Origin: Chiloscyllium plagiosum
Lineage: Eukaryota
Assembly: GCF_004010195.1 (NCBI RefSeq)
Contig: NW_025214668.1
Span: 6,652 to 48,435 of the forward strand
Length of the DNA: 41,784 bases
Direction of reading: 5' to 3'
Numbering within the stretch: position 1 is the stretch's first letter; each line of letters starts with the position of its first letter. Positions 37,529-41,784 of the stretch are shown one piece after another. The notes under the pieces are model-generated. The model searched no databases. It saw nothing but the letters and a program-made list of their open reading frames with translations, and was not told where the DNA came from. Made by a program: the position numbers and the translations under genes.

Positions 37529-39627
37529 ATTCACTGAATAATTGAGTGAAACTCCTTTCAATGATTCAAGGAATGTAGTTTAATTCATTGAATCAGTGAA
37601 ATCCGCTTCTTTGAATGTAGGCAGATTCACAGAATGAACAAGATCAGTTAAAGTCATTGCATGCATGAATGAAATTTGTTTCCTCGAACGAATGCGTGAA
37701 GTTAAGTTCATTGAAAGAATGAGTGTAGTTTGATTCACTGAATGCGTGTGGGAAACTATTTCACTTAAACAAGGAATGTAGTTTAATTCATTGAATGAGT
37801 GAGTGAAACTCAGTTCATTGATTCTATGAATATAGGTTGACGCAGTGAAACAACGAGATAAACTCCAGTTCTTGCATGAAGGAATGAAGTTTGTTTCTAC
37901 AAATGAATGCGGGATGTTTGTTTCATTGAATGAATGAATGTAGTTCGATTCATTGAATGTGTGTGCAACTGATTTCACTGAATCAAGGAATATAGTTTAA
38001 TTCATTGAATGAGTGAGTGAAACTCGTTTCAGTGAATCTATGACTATGCATTGACCCAATGCATAAAAGAGATAAGCTCGAATCATTTTATGAATGAATG
38101 AAGCTTGTTTCTACGAATGAATGCGCGAAGTTAATTTCATTTGAATGAATTAATGTAATTTGATTCGTTGAGTGAGTGTGTGAAACTCATTTCACTGAAT
38201 TATGGAATGTAGCTTATTTCATTAAATGAGTGAGTGAAACTCGTTTCTTTGAAGCTATGAGTGTAGATTAGTTCACTGAATGAACGAGATAAGCTTGACT
38301 CATTGAATAAATAAATGCAGTTTGTTTCTTAGAATGAATGCGTGATGTTTATTTCATTGAATGAATGAATGTAGTTTGATTCATTGAATGTTAGAGATAA
38401 GCTCGAATCATTGCATGAATGAATGAAATTTGTTTCTACGAATGAAAGCGTGAAGTTAATTTCATTGAATGAATGAATATAGCGTTATTCATTGAATCAG
38501 TGTGTGAAACGCATTTCACTGAATCTTTGAAAATAGTTTGATCCATTGAATGTGTGAGCGTTGAAATTATGAATGTAGATTGATTCACTGAATGAACAAG
38601 ATCAGCTAAATTCACTGCAAGAATGAACGAAAATTATTTGTTTGAATGAATGAGTGTAGTTTATTTCACTGATTGAATGAATGAAGTTTGTTTCTTCGAA
38701 CGAATGCGTGAAGTTAATTTCATTGAATGAATGAATGAATTTCATTGAATGAGTGTGTGAAACTCATTTCACTGAATCATGCAATGTAGCTTAATTCCTT
38801 AAATACGTGAGTTAAACTACTGTCATTGAATCTATGAGTATAGATTAAGATAAGCTCGAATGAATGAAGTTTGTTTCTACCATTAACTGAGTGCGTGAAA
38901 CTCCTATCATTGAATCTATGAGTATAGATGAATTCAATGAATGAATGAGATCAGCTCGAGTCATTGCATGAATGAATGCAGTTTGTTTCTTTGAATGAAT
39001 GCGTAATGTTTGTTTCATTGAATGAATGATTGTACTCATTGAATAAGTGTGTGGAACTCATTTCAACCAATCAAGGTATGTAGTTTAATTCATTGAATGA
39101 GTCTGTGAACCTCCTTTCATTCAATCATTGACTCACTGAAACAATGAGACAAGCTCGAGTCATTGAATGAATGAAATTTGTTTCTTCGAATGAATGCGTG
39201 AAGTTAATTTCATTGAATGTAGCTTGATTCATTGCATGAGTGAGTGAAACTCGTTTCATTGAATCTATGAATATAGGTTGACTCAGTGAAAAAAACGAGA
39301 TTATCTCAAGTCATTTATGAAGTTTGCTTGTTTGAATGAATACATGATGATTCTTTCCTTGAATGAATGAATGAAGTGTGTGGTATTCATTTCATTGGAT
39401 CAAGGAATGTAGTTTAATTCATTGAATGAGTAAGTGAAACTCAGTTCATTGAATCTATGGATATAGGTTGACTCACTGAAAAAGCGAGATAAGCTCGAGT
39501 CATTGCATGAATGAACGAAGTTTGTGTATTTGAATGAATGCGTGATGATTCTTTCATTGAATGAATGAATGAAGTATGATTCATTGAATGAGTGTGTGGT
39601 ATTCATTTCACTGGATCAAGGAATGAA

Positions 39628-39784
39628 TAGTGCTGGAGGCAGCAGGGGCGGCCACTTGTCGACATCAGCGAAAAGGATTTAGAGTGACATACACGCTGGC
39701 TGCCAGCAGCGTGGTGAAACAGTTGTCGGCCAGCGAGTGGAGGCATGCACGCTGGTGCAGCCTCACCATCCTTTTACTCTGCAT
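39628..39784 (+). other. Probable decayed ITS2 3' end
   Basis: GC-richer non-satellite sequence immediately upstream of the 28S 5' end. Assigned by position only. Confidence 0.5.
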
Positions 39785-41678
39785 GCAACCTCAGACCAGA
39801 CACAACAACCCACTGAATTAAAGCATATTACTAAGCGGTGGACAAGACATTAACCTGGATTCCCCTAGTAACTGCGAGTGAACAGGGAAGAGCCCAGCAA
39901 TTAATCATCACTCACATGACGGCTACAGGAAATCATCCGTTCTCCAATGATGCCAAGTCGCCCAAGTCCTCCTGATTGAGGACTAGACTGGAGACGCTGT
40001 GAGGCCAGTGGTGCTGCATGGCTCATTAGGATTGCATCTTCTTGGAGTCAGATTGCTTGTGAATGCAGCCCAGAGCAGATGGGAAACTCCATCTAAGGCT
40101 AAATACTGTCACAAGGGAGAAAGTGAGGTCTGCAGATGCTGGAGATCAGAGATGGAAATGTGTTGCTGGAAAAGCGCAGCAGGTCAGGCAGCATCTAGGG
40201 AACAGGAGAATCGACGAAGAAGGGCTAATGTCCGAAACGTCGATTCTCCTGTTCCCTAGATGCTGCCTGACCTGCTGCGCTTTTCCAGCAACACATTTCC
40301 ATCTCAAAATACTGTCACAAGACTGATAGTCAACAAGTACTGTAAGAAAGGTGGAAAGAACTTTGCAGAGACAGTTCAGGAGGTGCTCGTTCCACACGCA
40401 GTTTTATCCGGTAAAGTGAATGTTTAGAAGTCTTGGGGCCAAAGAAATCTCAACCTATTCTCAAACTTTGGATGGGTAAGATACCCGACTCGCTGGCATG
40501 GAGCTGGGCGTAGAATATGTGAGGGACAGTAGCCCATTTTTAATAAGTAGATTTGGTATTTCGGGATGAACTGAACTCTGGGTAAAGACACCCAATGCCG
40601 ACACTTATCAGACCGCACAAAAGGTGTTGGTTAATATCGACAGTGGCCATAGAATTTGGAATCCATTCAGCCGTGTGTAACAACTCATCTGCGGAAGGAA
40701 CCCGTCCTGAAAATTGATGGAGCGTCGGGTAACCCTGCCACAACTGGTAATGCAGAGCCTGCGGGGTATATGCAGCAATGAGTAGGAGGGCCGTTGTGGT
40801 GAGCATGGAAGGTGAGGCCGTGGGCCCTGGTGGAGTCGTCACCGGTGCAGATCTTGGTGGTAACAGCAAATATTCAAATAAGAACATTGAAGGCCGAAGT
40901 GGAGAAGGGTTCAATGTGACAGCAGTTGAATGTTGATCATTTGGTCCTCAGAGATAGACGACTGCCATTCCGAAGGGACAGGCGATGTCCAGAGTGGCAG
41001 AGATGAGCGCCTCACAGTGTCCAGTGTGGTAATGCAAACAATCCTGGAGAAGCCAGCAGGAGCCCCAGGGACAGTTCATTTTTCTTTGTGAAGGGCACTC
41101 TGGAATGGGTTAGACCCAAGAGAGGTCTAGACCCATGTGTTGAAAAGCATTGCGGTTCTGGTGGCATCCAGTGAGGTCTTGCTGCCCCTTGAAAATTTGG
41201 GGGACATGGTGTAAATCTCACACCAAGCTGTACCCATATCCACAGCAGGTCTCGAAGGTGAACAACCTCTGGCAAGTCAAAATGTTGTAAGTAAGGAAAG
41301 TTGGCAAGTCAAACCTGTAACTTCAGGAAAAGGATTGGCTCTAAGGACTAGGCCAGTCGGGGTGGGATGCAAAGTGGGGTTGGGCATGTGACCCTGGATG
41401 ACCTTCTCCCGGGGGCTTGGTAGTGACTCTGGACTCACACCGGGCCCTTCCTGTGGATCACCCCAGCTGCGGTGTGCCTCGTCCTTCCATGGCAGGTGGA
41501 TGGCCTTGTCTGGCCATCTGGTGAAGACATGGGGAATCCCACCATTTAATTAAAACAAAGCATCATAAAGGCCTCAGGTTGGAATTGACACAACATGATT
41601 ACTGCCCGCTCTGAATGTCAAGGTGAAGAAATTCAATGAAGCATGGGTAAATTGCAGGAGTAGTTATGACTCTCTTAA
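39785..41678 (+). pseudogene. Degenerate 28S rRNA pseudogene with internal deletions and an insertion
   Basis: Recognisable LSU motifs in the correct order: ACCTCAGA..ACCC.CTGAATT.AAGCATAT; AAACTCCATCTAAGGCTAAATAC; CAGTTTTATCCGGTAAAG; GGTGCAGATCTTGGTGGTA..AGCAAATATTCAAA; GTACCCATATCC.CAGCAGGTCTC.AAGGTGAACA; TTTAATTAAAACAAAGCATC; CTCTGAATGTCAA.GTGAAGAAATTCAATGAAGC; ATGACTCTCTTAA. Many CpG to TpG/CpA changes. Confidence 0.95.
40116..40306 (-). mobile_element. 191-bp palindromic insertion made of two inverted copies of a Neptune-type PLE 3' end
   Basis: 15-bp TSD AAATACTGTCACAAG (40101-40115 and 40307-40321); perfect 68-bp inverted arms at 40149-40216 and 40238-40305; sequence closely similar to 33770-33892. 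Confidence 0.92.
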
Positions 41679-41784
41679 TAACTATGGAGGAGGTAGATCA
41701 AGGACACTCGATCCAAAGTGAGACTTGGCGGCAAGAATGTTACAGGAATTATTCCTGATTGTGACAAAACCTGCGTCCTTAATG
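41679..41784 (+). mobile_element. Candidate 5'-truncated R2 non-LTR retrotransposon at the 28S target site (runs off the window)
   Basis: 28S similarity ends at GACTCTCTTAA and the expected GGTAGCCAAATG is absent. The following sequence is not rRNA and reads ITMEEV in one frame, reminiscent of the motif preceding non-LTR RT domains. Only 106 bp are visible. Confidence 0.55.

Larger units (their letters stand above)
30670..39627. repeat. AT-rich satellite with a ~54-bp unit (two related 27-bp halves, TTCATTGAAT core) and higher-order structure; interrupted by a PLE and a SINE
   Basis: GAAACTC recurs at 35637, 35691 and 35747. Halves are approximately GAAACTCGTTTCATTGAATCAATGAAT and GTAGTTTGATTCATTGAATGAGTGAGT. 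The marker CTCATTTCACTGAGTAATTGAATGTCGTTTAA occurs at 31351, 34389 and 36338. Confidence 0.92.

Noticed and set aside
34417..39606. Short His/Ser/Phe/Asn-rich minus-strand ORFs
   Set aside because: Translations of the TTCATTGAAT satellite or the antisense SINE, with no domain features.
30670..39627. Homology to human (GAATG)n satellites II/III
   Set aside because: The resemblance is limited to GAAT words; the period here is 27/54 bp rather than 5 bp.
40149..40305. Rho-independent terminator, pre-miRNA or DNA-transposon MITE
   Set aside because: The arms match the PLE 3' end at 33792-33859, one side has an extra 33-bp tail, and the 15-bp TSD fits target-primed retrotransposition.
39630..41275. 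ORFs overlapping the rDNA region
   Set aside because: Incidental frames across the rRNA pseudogene and the palindrome; the mirrored peptides at 40063 and 40146 simply reflect the inverted repeat.
39785..41678. Functional 28S rRNA gene
   Set aside because: Large deletions, a 191-bp insertion and many substitutions in conserved core motifs.
41679..41784. Group I intron at the I-PpoI site
   Set aside because: Nuclear rDNA group I introns are not expected in vertebrates and no intron core is visible. R2 is the simpler explanation, though unproven.

Overview
This is eukaryotic heterochromatin-type DNA, most likely from a shark or ray (inferred from an HE1/V-SINE). I found no intact protein-coding gene. 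From left to right: (1) a ~30.7 kb tandem array of a 27-bp unit (consensus ATCAGCCATGATCTCAGTGAGTAGGGG), which produces almost all ORFs in the track as artefacts. It is interrupted at 27544-28411 by a 5'-truncated Penelope-like element (PLE; RT thumb plus GIY-YIG endonuclease) with an 11-bp target-site duplication (TSD) and a minimal hammerhead ribozyme. (2) An AT-rich satellite (~30670-39627) built on a 54-bp (2x27) unit. It contains a second, Neptune-type PLE with a twin-priming-like 5' inversion and a hammerhead, plus a tRNA-derived V-SINE. (3) A decayed rDNA fragment (ITS2-like sequence plus a 28S pseudogene, 39785-41678). It carries a 191-bp palindromic PLE-derived insert (68-bp perfect arms, 15-bp TSD). 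Its 28S similarity stops exactly at the R2 retrotransposon target site and continues into probable 5'-truncated R2 sequence. I see no convincing wholly new biological system; the best leads are the R2-site junction, the PLE hairpin and inversion structures, the hammerheads, and the shared 27-bp period of the two satellites. All family assignments come from recognising motifs by eye, not from database searches.
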